Numbered from the stretch's first letter, positions 31,743-45,767 are shown. The stretch: DNA of 64,000 bases from Aggregicoccus sp. 17bor-14 (GCF_009659535.1 NZ_VJZZ01000008.1:1-64000), one strand, 5' to 3'. Numbers and translations are program-made. Notes: generated from the letters alone by a model not told the origin.

Positions 31743-32510
31743 CTAGAGATCTTCCTCCCGCCGGGCGAGCAGCTTGAGGTCCGCCGGGGTGAGGGTCAGG
31801 CGGGCGTAGAGGTCCGGGCGCCGCTCCCGGGTGAGCTGCAGGGCCTTCCAGCGCCGCCAGCGGGCGATGCGGGCGTGGTCCCCACTCTGGAGCACCTCGG
31901 GTACCCCCGCCCCCCGGAAGCTCACGGGGCGCGTGTACTGGGGGTGCTCCAGGAGCCCCTCCTCGAAGCTCTCCGTCACGCTGGAGACCTCGTTGCCCAG
32001 CACCCCGGGCAGCAGGCGGGCGACTGCATCCACGACCGCCAGGGCGGCGACCTCCCCGCCCATCAGGATGAAGTCCCCGAGCGACAGCTCCCCGTCGAGG
32101 TAGGGCATCACCCGCTCGTCCACGCCCTCGTAGCGGCCGCACACGAGGATGAGGCCGCCCGCGTGGGCCGCGAGCTCGCGCGCCCGGGCCTGGGTGAAGG
32201 TGGGCCCCCGCGGGCTCATCAGCAGCGCCAGGGCGCCCGGGGCGCGCGCACGCGCGGCCTCCAGGGCCGCCACCAGCGGGTCCACCTTCATCACCATGCC
32301 CGCCCCGCCCCCGTAGGGCGTGTCGTCGGTGACGCGGTGCTTGCCCTCCGCGTACTGGCGCAGGTCCGTCACCGTGACGCCCAGCTGCCCGCGCTCCTGC
32401 GCCTTCCCCAGGATGCTCGAGGAGAGGTAGCCGCTCACCATCCCGGGAAAGAGCGTGACGAGCTCCACCGGGTACGGGGACGGCTTCACCGGGGCGCTGG
32501 CGTCATCCAT
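31743..32510 (-). CDS. trmD: tRNA (guanine37-N1)-methyltransferase
   Basis: TrmD signature [10 protein letters not shown] and SPRG loop. Confidence 0.9.
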   Translation of the reverse strand: MDDASAPVKPSPYPVELVTLFPGMVSGYLSSSILGKAQERGQLGVTVTDLRQYAEGKHRVTDDTPYGGGAGMVMKVDPLVAALEAARARAPGALALLMSPRGPTFTQARARELAAHAGGLILVCGRYEGVDERVMPYLDGELSLGDFILMGGEVAALAVVDAVARLLPGVLGNEVSSVTESFEEGLLEHPQYTRPVSFRGAGVPEVLQSGDHARIARWRRWKALQLTRERRPDLYARLTLTPADLKLLARREEDL

Positions 32511-32516
32511 GGGCCG

Positions 32517-33053
32517 CTAGCCCTTGTCCTCGATGAACTCGGGCGGGCGCACCACGAGCCGCCCCTGCTCCAGGTCCACGCTGACCACGAAGTCGTCCGC
32601 GAAGGGCAGCACCAGCTCGGAAGCCGCGTCGCCGGCCTTGCGGATGACCAGGTTGGGCACCTCGCCCGTCTCCCAGATCTCCTCCACCTGGCCCAGCTCC
32701 GCGCCCTGCTCGTCCACGGCGCGCAGGCCCACGAGGTCGCCCTGGAAGTACTCGCCCTCCTCGGGGGCCTCCAGGTCCTCGCGGAACGCGAGCACGCTGG
32801 CACCCACCAGGGCCTCGGCGTCGCTGCGCCCCTGCACCGCCTCGAAGGAGACCAGGGTCTCCTTGGAGGCGCCGCGCACGCTCTCGATGGCCAGCACGCG
32901 CTCGGGGCCCACGCGCGGGCGCACCAGCACGCGCGGCACGTAGTCGAGCGCATCCGAGGCGGGGTCGAAGGTGCGCACCGCCACCTCTCCCTGCAGGCCG
33001 TGCGCGCGGGCCACGTAGCCCAGCGCGAGGTGCGGCGCCGGCGTGCGGCTCAC
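32517..33053 (-). CDS. rimM: Ribosome maturation factor RimM
   Basis: HGLQGEV...PRB barrel pattern; conserved gene order with trmD. Confidence 0.85.
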   Translation of the reverse strand: MSRTPAPHLALGYVARAHGLQGEVAVRTFDPASDALDYVPRVLVRPRVGPERVLAIESVRGASKETLVSFEAVQGRSDAEALVGASVLAFREDLEAPEEGEYFQGDLVGLRAVDEQGAELGQVEEIWETGEVPNLVIRKAGDAASELVLPFADDFVVSVDLEQGRLVVRPPEFIEDKG

Positions 33054-33358
33054 GAGCCTGAATCCGAGCCCGGACCCGGGGACGGCGGCGAGCCCGGAGC
33101 AGCACCGGGAGCCCCGCCGGGGCGCCGGTCGTCCGCGATCTCCAGCCGCACCTTCTGCCCGTCCTTCTGGGCCGCGGCGCCGAGCAGCGTCCGGAGGGCG
33201 CCCACGGTGCGCCCATCACGGCCGATGACCTTGCCGATGTCCTCGGGGGCCACCCGCAGCTCATAGAGCCGGGCACCCTCCACGTCGGACACACGGAGGC
33301 TCACCTGGTCGGGTTTGTCGACCAGGGCCTGCGCCAGGTAGGTGAGAAGCCTCTCCAC
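33050..33358 (-). CDS. KH-domain RNA-binding protein (YlqC-like) with a Pro/Gly-rich C-terminal tail
   Basis: GKVIGRDGRTV KH GXXG loop; overlaps the rimM start by 4 nt (ATGA). Confidence 0.6.
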   Translation of the reverse strand: MERLLTYLAQALVDKPDQVSLRVSDVEGARLYELRVAPEDIGKVIGRDGRTVGALRTLLGAAAQKDGQKVRLEIADDRRPGGAPGAAPGSPPSPGPGSDSGS

Positions 33359-33379
33359 GTCCGGAAGTCCGGGCGGGAG

Positions 33380-33634
33380 TTAGGCCGGGGTCTGCGTCTT
33401 CGGCGTGCGCTTGATGAGGTCCGCCACCGTCTCGGAGGGGGTCGCGCCCGTCTTGAGCCAGTACTCGAGGCGGTCGTAGTCGAACTCCACCTTCGCGGGG
33501 GTCTGGTTCGGGTCGTACGCACCGACCGCCTCGATGAACTTACCGTCGCGGGGGTTGCGCGAGTCGGTCGCAACCACGTGGTAGTACGGCATCTTCTTGG
33601 CGCCCGCGCGGGCAAGACGGAGAACAACGGCCAT
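33380..33634 (-). CDS. rpsP: 30S ribosomal protein S16
   Basis: MAVVLRLARAGAKKMPYYHVVATDSRNPRDG matches S16; start trimmed to ATG 33634. Confidence 0.9.
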   Translation of the reverse strand: MAVVLRLARAGAKKMPYYHVVATDSRNPRDGKFIEAVGAYDPNQTPAKVEFDYDRLEYWLKTGATPSETVADLIKRTPKTQTPA

Positions 33635-33693
33635 GGTCTGCTCCAACCAGTTGGGGAAAGGGGCAGCGTCCATATTCGGCGCCGCCCGGATTG

Positions 33694-34845
33694 TCAAGTA
33701 ACAACGGGTGCTTGGGTCTGTGCTGTGGGGCTCTGATCACCCCGGTTGGCCAGCTGCCCGCAGGCGCCGGCAATGTCTCGGCCCCGGTTGCGGCGGATGT
33801 AGGCCGCCACGTGGCCGTCGGAGAGGATGGCGCGGAACTCCTCGGCGCGCTGCTCCGGGGTGCTCTCGAAGGGCTGCCCGTCCACGCCCAGGCCGGGGTT
33901 CGCGTTGTACGGGATGAGGTTCACCTTCGCCGGGATGCCTGCGAGCAGCTTCACCAGCCGGTGCGCGTCCTCGTCCGCGTCGTTGAAGCCCTTGATGAGC
34001 ACGTACTCGAAGGTGATGCGCCGGCCCTGGCGCAGGGGGAACTTGCGGCAGGCGTCCATGAGCGCCGCGATGTTCCACTTGCGGTTGACCGGCATGCTCT
34101 TGCTGCGCTGCTCGTCGGTGCTCGCGTTGAGGCTGATGGCGAGCTTCACGTCCGTCTCGGCGCCGAAGCGCTCGATCATCGGCACCAGGCCCACCGTGCT
34201 CACGGTGATGTGCCGGTGGCTGAAGTTCGGCCCCTCCTTGTGCTTCAGGATGGAGAGCGCCGTCTTGAGGTTCTCGAAGTTGTGCAGGGGCTCGCCCATG
34301 CCCATGAAGACGAGGTTCGAGAGGGGGCGGAAGGTCTCGTGCCCCTCCTCCTCGCGCACCGCGCGGTTCACCGCGTGCACCTGGGCGACGATCTCGCCAG
34401 CCGTCAGGTTGCGCTTGAGCCCCATGGTGCCCGTCATGCAGAAGGTGCACGCCATCGCGCAGCCCACCTGCGTGCTCACGCACAGGGTGCGCCGGTCCTC
34501 CGAGGGCATGTACACGCTCTCGATGTAGCGCCCGTCGTGCGTCTTGAAGCGGAACTTGATGGTGCCGTCCACGCTGCGCTGCTCGAGGTCCTTCACGAGC
34601 GGGGCAATCTGCGCGTGCTCCTTGAGCTTCTCGCGCAGCACCTTGGACAGGTCCGTCATCTCCTCGAAGCTCACCGCCCCGCGCTGGTGCATCCAGCGGA
34701 ACAGCTGCGCCGCGCGGAAGGGACGCTCGCCCAGCTCCTCGGTGAGGTAGCGGGTGAGCGCCTCGAGCGAGAGCGCAGACACGTCCACCCGCTTGGCCGG
34801 CGGCGGGGCGGGGATGGGCGTGGTGTCAGGAAGGGTGAGCGACAT
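33694..34845 (-). CDS. rlmN: 23S rRNA/tRNA (adenine-C2)-methyltransferase, radical SAM
   Basis: CxxxCxxC radical-SAM cluster motif (CAMACTFC), RlmN fold; start trimmed to ATG 34845. Confidence 0.85.
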   Translation of the reverse strand: MSLTLPDTTPIPAPPPAKRVDVSALSLEALTRYLTEELGERPFRAAQLFRWMHQRGAVSFEEMTDLSKVLREKLKEHAQIAPLVKDLEQRSVDGTIKFRFKTHDGRYIESVYMPSEDRRTLCVSTQVGCAMACTFCMTGTMGLKRNLTAGEIVAQVHAVNRAVREEEGHETFRPLSNLVFMGMGEPLHNFENLKTALSILKHKEGPNFSHRHITVSTVGLVPMIERFGAETDVKLAISLNASTDEQRSKSMPVNRKWNIAALMDACRKFPLRQGRRITFEYVLIKGFNDADEDAHRLVKLLAGIPAKVNLIPYNANPGLGVDGQPFESTPEQRAEEFRAILSDGHVAAYIRRNRGRDIAGACGQLANRGDQSPTAQTQAPVVT

Positions 34846-35006
34846 CGCGGGAGTCTTAACGGCGAGGTGACGGAGAGGCTTCCCACAGCGGGAGGCGGGC
34901 GTCAAAGCCCCCTGCCCTCCGCGCACTGAAACGGCGGCGGCCCGGCCTCTGCCCCCCGCCTGGCGGGGAGCGGAGCGGCCGGGCCGCGCAGGCCGGAGGG
35001 ACGGGC

Positions 35007-35444
35007 CTACTTCTGGACCGTGTAGGTCTGGATCTCGGTCTCGCGGAAGAAGTACGCGACCTCGATCTTCGCGTTCTCCAGGCTGTCCGAGCCGTGCACG
35101 GTGTTCTTGTCGATGCTGGTGGCGAAGTCCTTGCGGATGGTGCCGGGGGCGGCGTTCGCAGGGTTGGTCGCGCCCATGATGTCGCGGTTCTTGAGCACCG
35201 CGCCCTCGCCCTCGAGCACCATGAGGACCACGGGGCCGGAGATCATGAAGGACACCAGGTCCTTGAAGAAGGGGCGCTCCTTGTGCACCGCGTAGAAGCC
35301 CTCGGCCTCCTTCTGCGAGAGCTGCTGCAGGCGGATGGCAACGGGCTTGAGACCCTTCTCCTCGAAGCGGGAGATGATCTTGCCGATGACGCCCTTCTCG
35401 AGACCGTCCGGCTTGATGATCGACAGCGTGCGCTCAATGGCCAT
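35007..35444 (-). CDS. ndk: Nucleoside diphosphate kinase
   Basis: NTVHGSDS active-site His motif, 145 aa. Confidence 0.9.
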   Translation of the reverse strand: MAIERTLSIIKPDGLEKGVIGKIISRFEEKGLKPVAIRLQQLSQKEAEGFYAVHKERPFFKDLVSFMISGPVVLMVLEGEGAVLKNRDIMGATNPANAAPGTIRKDFATSIDKNTVHGSDSLENAKIEVAYFFRETEIQTYTVQK

Positions 35445-35481
35445 GTTCGTGTGGCTCCTGTGTAGTGGGTGGTGAAGTGAC

Positions 35482-36378
35482 TTAGCGGCGCTTCGCGGGG
35501 CCGCGCTTCACGGCCTCCTGCAGGGTGGTCCCGAGCTCGGTGGGGCTCGCGGCCATCACCACGCCCGCGGCCTCCATCGCCTTGATCTTCTCGGCGGCGG
35601 TGCCCTTGCCGCCCGAGATGATGGCGCCCGCGTGGCCCATGCGCTTGCCCGGAGGGGCGCTGCCACCGGCGATGAAGCCCGCCACCGGCTTGGTGAACTC
35701 CTTCGCGATGTACTCGGCGCCCGCCTCCTCCGCGCTGCCGCCGATCTCGCCGATCATGATGACCGCGTCGGTCTCGGGGTCCGCGTTGAAGAGCTTGAGC
35801 ACGTCCACGAAGTCGGTGCCGTTCACCGGGTCACCGCCGATGCCCACCGCGGTGGACTGGCCGAGCCCCAGCTGCGTGAGCTGGTACACCGCCTCGTAGG
35901 TGAGCGTGCCGGAGCGGCTCACCACGCCGATGCGGCCCGGCTTGTGGATGAAGCCCGGCATGATGCCGATCTTGCACTTGGCGCCGGGGGTGATGACGCC
36001 GGGGCAGTTGGGGCCCACCAGGCGCACGTTCTTGCCGGCGAGGTAGCGCTTCGCGCGCACCATGTCGTTCACCGGGATGCCCTCGGTGATGGTGATGATC
36101 AGGGACACGCCCGCGTCGGCGGCCTCCATGATCGAGTCCGCGGCGAAGGCCGGGGGCACGAAGATGCAGCTGGTGTTGGCGCCGGTCTGCTTCACCGCCT
36201 CGCTGACGGTGTTGAAGACGGGGACCTTGTTCTCGAAGGTGGTGCCGCCCTTGCCGGGGGTCATGCCGGCCACGATCTTCGTGCCGTACTCCAGCATCTG
36301 CTTCGCGTGGAAGGAGCCGGCCGAGCCCGTGATGCCGTGGACGATGACCTTGGTGTCTTGGTTGACGAGGATGCTCAT
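35482..36378 (-). CDS. sucD: Succinyl-CoA synthetase alpha subunit
   Basis: CoA-binding Rossmann fold and MGHAGAI phospho-histidine motif. Confidence 0.9.
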   Translation of the reverse strand: MSILVNQDTKVIVHGITGSAGSFHAKQMLEYGTKIVAGMTPGKGGTTFENKVPVFNTVSEAVKQTGANTSCIFVPPAFAADSIMEAADAGVSLIITITEGIPVNDMVRAKRYLAGKNVRLVGPNCPGVITPGAKCKIGIMPGFIHKPGRIGVVSRSGTLTYEAVYQLTQLGLGQSTAVGIGGDPVNGTDFVDVLKLFNADPETDAVIMIGEIGGSAEEAGAEYIAKEFTKPVAGFIAGGSAPPGKRMGHAGAIISGGKGTAAEKIKAMEAAGVVMAASPTELGTTLQEAVKRGPAKRR

Positions 36379-36425
36379 GGTCTACCTGGGGTGAGTCGAA
36401 AGGGTTGGGAAGGGAGCGCGGGCGA

Positions 36426-37595
<1,170 letters not shown>

Positions 37596-37716
37596 CGGGG
37601 CTCCGGGTGAATCGAGGGGGGGGCGCCGCCACGACGGAGGGGGCGCCTACGCGTGGGGCCCTCTCTCCCGCAATACGGCCCCGATGGCAAGCATCTTGAA
37701 GGCCCGCAAAGGCGAA

Positions 37717-37751
37717 GGCCCCGCCCCGGCGACACGCCGGAGAGCGGGGCC
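37717..37751 (-). terminator. Hairpin GGCCCCGC...GCGGGGCC between sdhB and sucC
   Basis: 8-bp stem, weak T-tract on the minus strand (TTCGCCTTTGC). Confidence 0.3.
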
Positions 37752-37787
37752 CTCGTTCCTCGCGGGGGACTGCAGCAGCGCGAGCGC

Positions 37788-38591
37788 CTAGCCCGGACCG
37801 GCCGAGGCCTTCTGCTCGCCTTCCTGGAAGAAGATGTCCTTGAAGAGCTGCTTGCTCACCTCGCGGTTCATCACCGAGATGGAGGTGGTGAGCGGGATCT
37901 CCTTCGGGCAGACCTTCACGCAGTTCTGCGCCTTGCCGCACTCCTGGATGCCGCCGGGGCCCATCAGCGCGCGCACCCGCTCCTCGGCGTTGAGCTTGCC
38001 GGTGGGATGCATGTTGAAGAGCCGCGCCTGGCTGATGGCGGCCGCGCCGATGAAGTCGTTGTCCAGCGTCACCTGGGGGCAGGCCTCGAGGCAGCTGCCG
38101 CAGGTCATGCACGTGGAGAGCACGTACATCGTGGACTGATCCTTCGGGCTCTGGCGCGGGCCCGGCCCCAGGTTGTGGGTGCCGTCCACGTTGATCCAGC
38201 CCTTCACCCGCTTGAGCGCGCCGAACATGCGCTCGCGGTCCACGGCGAGGTCGCGCACCACCGGGAACTTCTTCATCGGCTCGAGCGTGATGGGCTGCTC
38301 GAGCTTGTCGATGAGGGCCGAGCACGCCATGCGCACGCGCCCGTTGATGTTCATCGCGCAGCTGCCGCACACCTCCTCGAGGCACGCGGAGTCCCACACC
38401 ACCGGCGGCACGCGCTTGCCATCGGTGGTGACGGGGTTGCGCTGGATCTCCATGAGGCAGGAGATCACGTTCGCGCCCTTCGCATACGGGATGCGGAACT
38501 CGTCGAAGCGCCCCTCCTTGCCCTCCTCCTGCCGCCAGATGCGGAAGGTCACGGTCTTGGTGGTGACGGCGCTCGCCTGTGCAGTGTCCAT
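37788..38591 (-). CDS. sdhB: Succinate dehydrogenase/fumarate reductase iron-sulfur subunit
   Basis: Three Cys clusters (CxxGxCGxC, CxxCxxC...CP). Confidence 0.85.
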   Translation of the reverse strand: MDTAQASAVTTKTVTFRIWRQEEGKEGRFDEFRIPYAKGANVISCLMEIQRNPVTTDGKRVPPVVWDSACLEEVCGSCAMNINGRVRMACSALIDKLEQPITLEPMKKFPVVRDLAVDRERMFGALKRVKGWINVDGTHNLGPGPRQSPKDQSTMYVLSTCMTCGSCLEACPQVTLDNDFIGAAAISQARLFNMHPTGKLNAEERVRALMGPGGIQECGKAQNCVKVCPKEIPLTTSISVMNREVSKQLFKDIFFQEGEQKASAGPG

Positions 38592-38621
38592 GGTTGGCTC
38601 TCGCTTCCTAAGAGGGGTGGC

Positions 38622-40499
38622 TTACGCGTACCAGCGCGGCTCGGGATCCAGGACCGGGGTCGGGATCTCGTCGTAGGTGATCTGCGGGCCGGAGACGTCG
38701 TGGCGGGCCATGGTGGTCTTCGCCCACTTCTGGTGGCGCGCCTTCCACAGCTCCATCCACGCCGGATCCTGGCGCGGGTCCTTGGTCTTGGGCTCGGGCA
38801 GCTGGAAGTCCGGCTTGTAGTGGGCGCCGCGGCTCTCGTCGCGCAGCAGCGCGCTCTTGGCGATCACCTCGCCCAGCTCGAACATGTTCCACAGCTGGTT
38901 GGTGAAGGAGAGCGAGCGGTTGGCCAGGTTGCCCGTGTCCAGCACGTTGCAGCGGCTCCAGCGCTCCTTCAGCTCGCGGATCTGCTCCACGGTCTTCTTG
39001 AGCTTCGCGTTGTAGCGAACCACCGTGCAGTTCTCGGTCATGAGCTCGCCGAGCTCCTTGGCGAGGCCGTAGGGGTTCTCCGAGCCGTTCATCTTGCGGA
39101 TGCCCTCGAAGCGCTCCTTCCAGTACTTCTGCGCGCTCTGGAAGTGGCGCTCGTTGCCGTCCGTGGCGCTCTTCGCGTTGTTGTACGCGTAGGCGGCCAT
39201 GGCGGGCCCGCCGATCTGGCCCGAGTAGATGCAGGAGAGCAGCGAGTTCGCACCCAGGCGGTTCGCGCCGTGGAAGGCGTAGTCCGCCTCGCCCGTGGCG
39301 TAGAGGCCCGGGATGGCGGTGGACTGGTTCTTCGGGCTGCCCACCAGCGGGGTCTGGGTCTTGCTGTCCGCCTCGAAGGAGACGTGCAGGCCGCCCATCG
39401 AGTAGTGCATGCCCGGGAAGATGACCATCGGGGTGTGGCGCGGGTCATCGCCCACGAACTTCTCGTAGATCTCCATGACGCCCTTGATCTTGGCGTCCAG
39501 GGTCTTGGCCGGGATGTGCGTGACGTCCAGGTACACGCCGTCCTTGCCGTTGATGCCCATGCCCAGCTCGCGGCACACCGCGAAGATCTCGCGGGTCGCG
39601 ACGTCGCGCGGCACCAGGTTCTTGTACTTGGGGTACTTCTCCTCGAGGAAGTACCAGCGCTCGCTCTCGGGGATGTCCGCCGGCTTGCGCGGGTCCGCCT
39701 TCTTCTTGGGCACCCAGACGCGGCCGCCCTCGCCGCGCACGCTCTCGCTCATCAGGCGCAGCTTGTCCTCGCCCGGGATGGAGGTCGGGTGCACCTGGAT
39801 GAACTCGCCGTTCGCGTAGACGGCGCCCTCCATGTAGGCGCGGCCCGCCGCGGTGCCGGTGTTGATGATGGAGTTGGTGGAGCGGCCGAACACGATGCCG
39901 GGGCCACCGGTGGCGAGGCACACGGCCTCCGCCGGGAAGGTGCGGATCTCCATGGTGCGCAGGTCGATGGCCACGCTGCCGATGCAGCGGCCGCCCTCGT
40001 CCTTCACCGTGCCGAGCCACTCCCAGTACTCGTACTTGGTGACCTTGCCCTCGGCCTCGTAGCGGCGCACCTGCTCGTCCAGCGCGTAGAGCAGCTGCTG
40101 GCCGGTGGTGGCGCCCGCGAACGCGGTGCGGTGGTGCAGGGTGCCGCCGAAGCGGCGGAAGTCGAGCAGGCCCTCGCTGGTGCGGTTGAAGGTCACGCCC
40201 ATGCGGTCCAGCATGTAGATGATGCCGGGGGCCGCGTAGCACATGCCCTTCACGGACACCTGCTCCGCGAGGAAGTCGCCGCCGCGCAGCGTGTCCATCA
40301 CGTGGATGTCCGGGTGGTCGCCCTCACCCTTGGTGTTCACCGCGCCGTTGATGCCGCCCTGCGCGCACACCGAGTGGGACCGCTTCACCGGCACGATCGA
40401 CAGCACGTCGACGTGGTGCCCTGCCTCGGCCAGCTTGATGGTCGTCATCAGTCCGGCGAGTCCGCCGCCGACCACCGTGAATCGCGCTGCTGCAGCCAT
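38622..40499 (-). CDS. sdhA: Succinate dehydrogenase/fumarate reductase flavoprotein subunit (type B/Bacillus-like)
   Basis: FAD-binding GGGLAG, covalent-FAD His region, 625 aa. Confidence 0.85.
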   Translation of the reverse strand: MAAAARFTVVGGGLAGLMTTIKLAEAGHHVDVLSIVPVKRSHSVCAQGGINGAVNTKGEGDHPDIHVMDTLRGGDFLAEQVSVKGMCYAAPGIIYMLDRMGVTFNRTSEGLLDFRRFGGTLHHRTAFAGATTGQQLLYALDEQVRRYEAEGKVTKYEYWEWLGTVKDEGGRCIGSVAIDLRTMEIRTFPAEAVCLATGGPGIVFGRSTNSIINTGTAAGRAYMEGAVYANGEFIQVHPTSIPGEDKLRLMSESVRGEGGRVWVPKKKADPRKPADIPESERWYFLEEKYPKYKNLVPRDVATREIFAVCRELGMGINGKDGVYLDVTHIPAKTLDAKIKGVMEIYEKFVGDDPRHTPMVIFPGMHYSMGGLHVSFEADSKTQTPLVGSPKNQSTAIPGLYATGEADYAFHGANRLGANSLLSCIYSGQIGGPAMAAYAYNNAKSATDGNERHFQSAQKYWKERFEGIRKMNGSENPYGLAKELGELMTENCTVVRYNAKLKKTVEQIRELKERWSRCNVLDTGNLANRSLSFTNQLWNMFELGEVIAKSALLRDESRGAHYKPDFQLPEPKTKDPRQDPAWMELWKARHQKWAKTTMARHDVSGPQITYDEIPTPVLDPEPRWYA

Positions 40500-40801
40500 G
40501 CGTGTCGCTCCTTCTGCGGTCTGAGCCTGCCGCTCGCGCCCCCAGGTGAGGAGGTCCCCTCACCTGCTCCCGCGGCGTCTGGCCCCCCGGGGCCCTGTGC
40601 GGCGGCCCTCGCCGCGCAGGTCTACAAAGGCTTGATAACTTGGGTGAACTTTGCCGCAAAGACGGCTGTTCAGGGGGAGATTAGTGCCCCCCATTTGCAA
40701 CATTAGGCCCCGGGCCACGCGGGGTTCATTCCGCGCGCGGCCGGGGCCTGGAACCGCACCGTGGCCCCGAGCGAGCGCTCGGGAGCCCCGGTCGGAGAGG
40801 A

Positions 40802-43074
<2,273 letters not shown>

Positions 43075-43247
43075 GCGCGGGAGCTCCTGGAGGCTGTGTT
43101 TGAGTCGCGTTTCTCGAAGGCGCGGGGATACTCAGGAACCGGACTCCCTGCGTCAAGGAGTTTGGCCCGGGTGCGCCTTGCCCGCGCTTATCGCTTCCAC
43201 GCGTCGAGAAGGGAACGAATGCGGGCCCGAAAATCGCGCCCGGCGGC

Positions 43248-44708
43248 TCAGGCGCCGAGCAGCGCGCGCAGCGCCACCCGGTCCACCTTGCCCATCGCGT
43301 TGCGCGGCAGCTCCCCCGTCTGCAGGAAGCGGCGCGGCACCTTGTAGCCGGCGAGCCGCGCGCGGCAGAAGGCCTCGAGCGCCTCGGCGCCGGGCCACGC
43401 GTGCCCCTCGCGCAGGGCCACCGCCGCCACCGGCACCTGGCCCCAGCGCGGGTCCGGCACGCCCCCCACCGCCGCCTCGCGCACCGCGGGGTGCGCGGCG
43501 AGCACCGCTTCGATCTCCGCCGGGTACACGTTCTCGCCGCCGCACACGAGCAGGTCCGTGCGCCGCGAGAGCACCGTGAGGCGCCCCTCGGAGTCCAGCA
43601 CGCCCACGTCGCGCGTGCGCAGCCAGCCGTCGCGCAGGGCCTCGCGCGTGGCCTCGGGCTGACGGAAGTAGCCCTTCATCACGGTAGGGCCGCGCACCTC
43701 GATCTCCCCCTCTGCCCCGGCAGGCAGGGGGGCGCCGTCCGCCCCCACCACGCGCAGGGCGAGCCCCGGCAGGGCCCGGCCCGCGTTCTGTCCCGTGGCC
43801 TCGTCCGGGCGCTCGGTCGCCGCCTGGGCGCAGGCTTCGGTCAGCCCGTAGGTCTGCAGCGCGAGCAGGCCGACGGCGCGGGCGCGCGCCACGAGCGGCG
43901 GGGGCACCGGCCCTCCCCCCAGCAGCGCGAGCCGGAAGCTGGGCGGCACGGGTCGGTCCCCGCGCGCGTCGAGCACCCTCTCCAGCGTGGTGGCCACGAA
44001 GCTCGCGTGGCTCGCCCCGTCCTCGTCGATGGCGCGGTTCACTGCCGCGGCGTCGAAGCGCTCGTGCAGGAGCAGCGCCCCGCCCGCGTAGGCGCTGCGC
44101 GTGAGCATGGTGAGGCCGCCCACGTGGAAGAGCGGCAGCAGGCCCAGCCAGCGCGGCGCGGGCCGGGCGCCGAGGTTCGCCGCCGAGGCGCGCGCGGCCG
44201 CGCGGAAGTTTCCCTCCGTGAGCACCGCGCCCTTGGGCACGCCCGTGGTGCCGGAGGTGAAGAGGATGACGCGCTCGGCATCGTCCGTCAGGGCTTCACG
44301 GCGCGCAGAGCCCGGAAGGGCGCGCGCCTCCTCGGCGAGCGCCTCGAGCGACTCGGCCCCGGGGAGTCGCTCTCGCAGTGCTTCGAGCGCCAGCGTGAGC
44401 CGGGGCTGCAGGCGCTGCAGCAGCGGGGAGAGCTCGCTCGCGGTGAGGCGCGCATTCAGCGGCGCCGCCACCGCCCGCAGGCGCCCCAGCGCGAAGAAGA
44501 GCGGAACGACGAGCGGATGGCTGCCGGCGAGCACTGCCACGCGATCGCCCTCCCCCACCCCGCGCCGCTCGAGCAGCGCCGTCCACTGCGCGACGTCGGC
44601 GTCGAGTGCCGCGTAGCTCCAGCGCCGGGCGCCTGCGCTGAGCGCGAGGGCCTCGGGGTGACGCTCAGCGCCCTGGCGGATGGGACAGAGGTGGGGCGTG
44701 GGCGTCAC
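43248..44708 (-). CDS. menE: O-succinylbenzoate-CoA ligase (AMP-dependent synthetase family)
   Basis: AMP-binding motifs (TSGTTGVPKG, YGLTE); GTG start overlaps the menC stop (GTGA); operon context. Confidence 0.7.
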   Translation of the reverse strand: MTPTPHLCPIRQGAERHPEALALSAGARRWSYAALDADVAQWTALLERRGVGEGDRVAVLAGSHPLVVPLFFALGRLRAVAAPLNARLTASELSPLLQRLQPRLTLALEALRERLPGAESLEALAEEARALPGSARREALTDDAERVILFTSGTTGVPKGAVLTEGNFRAAARASAANLGARPAPRWLGLLPLFHVGGLTMLTRSAYAGGALLLHERFDAAAVNRAIDEDGASHASFVATTLERVLDARGDRPVPPSFRLALLGGGPVPPPLVARARAVGLLALQTYGLTEACAQAATERPDEATGQNAGRALPGLALRVVGADGAPLPAGAEGEIEVRGPTVMKGYFRQPEATREALRDGWLRTRDVGVLDSEGRLTVLSRRTDLLVCGGENVYPAEIEAVLAAHPAVREAAVGGVPDPRWGQVPVAAVALREGHAWPGAEALEAFCRARLAGYKVPRRFLQTGELPRNAMGKVDRVALRALLGA

Positions 44709-45763
44709 CGCGGCGGCTCCAGTCCGAGCCCCGGGCCCGGCGGCAATGGGATACGCCCCTGCACGGGCGAATAGGCGTGCACGGGCTCGCCGACGAAGAG
44801 GTGACCCACCGCGAGCCCCGAGGCCAGCGCGCCGGAGGGGAGTGCCGCGGCGAGCTGCGCTGCACCGGCGCGCGCCACCACCCCGTCGAGCGAGCTGGTG
44901 ACGTACGCCTCGAGCCCCCGCGCGGATGCACGCCGGGCGAGCGCGAGCGCCGGCAGAAGTCCGCCGAGGACCATTGGCTTGAGCACCAGCACATCCACGA
45001 CGCGCTCGGCGAGCAGTGCTTCGAGGGCGTCGGGCACGGCGAGGGACTCGTCCGCGGCGAGACGGCACGCGGAATCCGCCGCCACTCTGCGGAAGCCCGC
45101 GAGGTCATCCGCCGCCACGGGCTGTTCGCACAGCTCGAGCCCCAGGGGCTGCAGGCCCGCGAGCGCCTCGAGGGCCTCGTCCGCCGACCAGGCCCCGTTC
45201 GCGTCGACGCGCAGACACACGCGGCTTCCCACGGCCTCGCGCACCACCGAGAGACGGGCGACGTCGTCCGCGCGGCCGACCTTCACCTTGAGGGTGCGAA
45301 AGCCGCGCTGCACGGCGTCGCGCGCCTCGGCAGCGAGCGCCCCTGGCTCGCTTGCGCCGAGTAGCGCATTGACCTCCACTGCGTCACGCGCCGTGGGCGA
45401 GAGCCAGCGCGCAACGGACTCGCCGCGGGCCTGGGCGCCGAGGTCCAGCAGCGCGAGCTCCAGCGCGTGGCGCGCCGCCGAGGGGAGCGCGGTGCCGAGA
45501 GCCGCGGTGATGGCCGCGAGCTCGGGCGCGACGCTCGCGCCCTGGAGCGCCGCGCACGCCTCGCGCAGTGCGCGGCCACAGGCCTCGAGCGACTCGGTGC
45601 CGAACTCGGGCAGGGGCATCGCCTCCCCCTGCCCCACCGCGCCTCCCACCTCGTGCACGCGCAGGACGAAGCCCTCGCGCCGCGCGTAGGCACCGCGCGC
45701 GGTCCGCAGCGGCGTGCGGAACTCCAGCGCGAGCGGCGCGAGCTCGAGGCGCGTCAGCCGCAC
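44705..45763 (-). CDS. menC: O-succinylbenzoate synthase (enolase superfamily)
   Basis: Enolase-superfamily KxK and metal-ligand pattern (LKVKVG, VDANGAW); GTG start. Confidence 0.7.
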   Translation of the reverse strand: MRLTRLELAPLALEFRTPLRTARGAYARREGFVLRVHEVGGAVGQGEAMPLPEFGTESLEACGRALREACAALQGASVAPELAAITAALGTALPSAARHALELALLDLGAQARGESVARWLSPTARDAVEVNALLGASEPGALAAEARDAVQRGFRTLKVKVGRADDVARLSVVREAVGSRVCLRVDANGAWSADEALEALAGLQPLGLELCEQPVAADDLAGFRRVAADSACRLAADESLAVPDALEALLAERVVDVLVLKPMVLGGLLPALALARRASARGLEAYVTSSLDGVVARAGAAQLAAALPSGALASGLAVGHLFVGEPVHAYSPVQGRIPLPPGPGLGLEPPR

Positions 45764-45767
45764 CGGC

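Noticed and set aside
43248-45068. 606-aa extended form of menE and 586-aa extended forms of menA (45768..47528) and menH/menD
   Set aside because: N-terminal extensions are Arg/Ala-rich, overlap the upstream genes and lack homology. Starts were trimmed to codons that restore canonical protein lengths and stop/start coupling.
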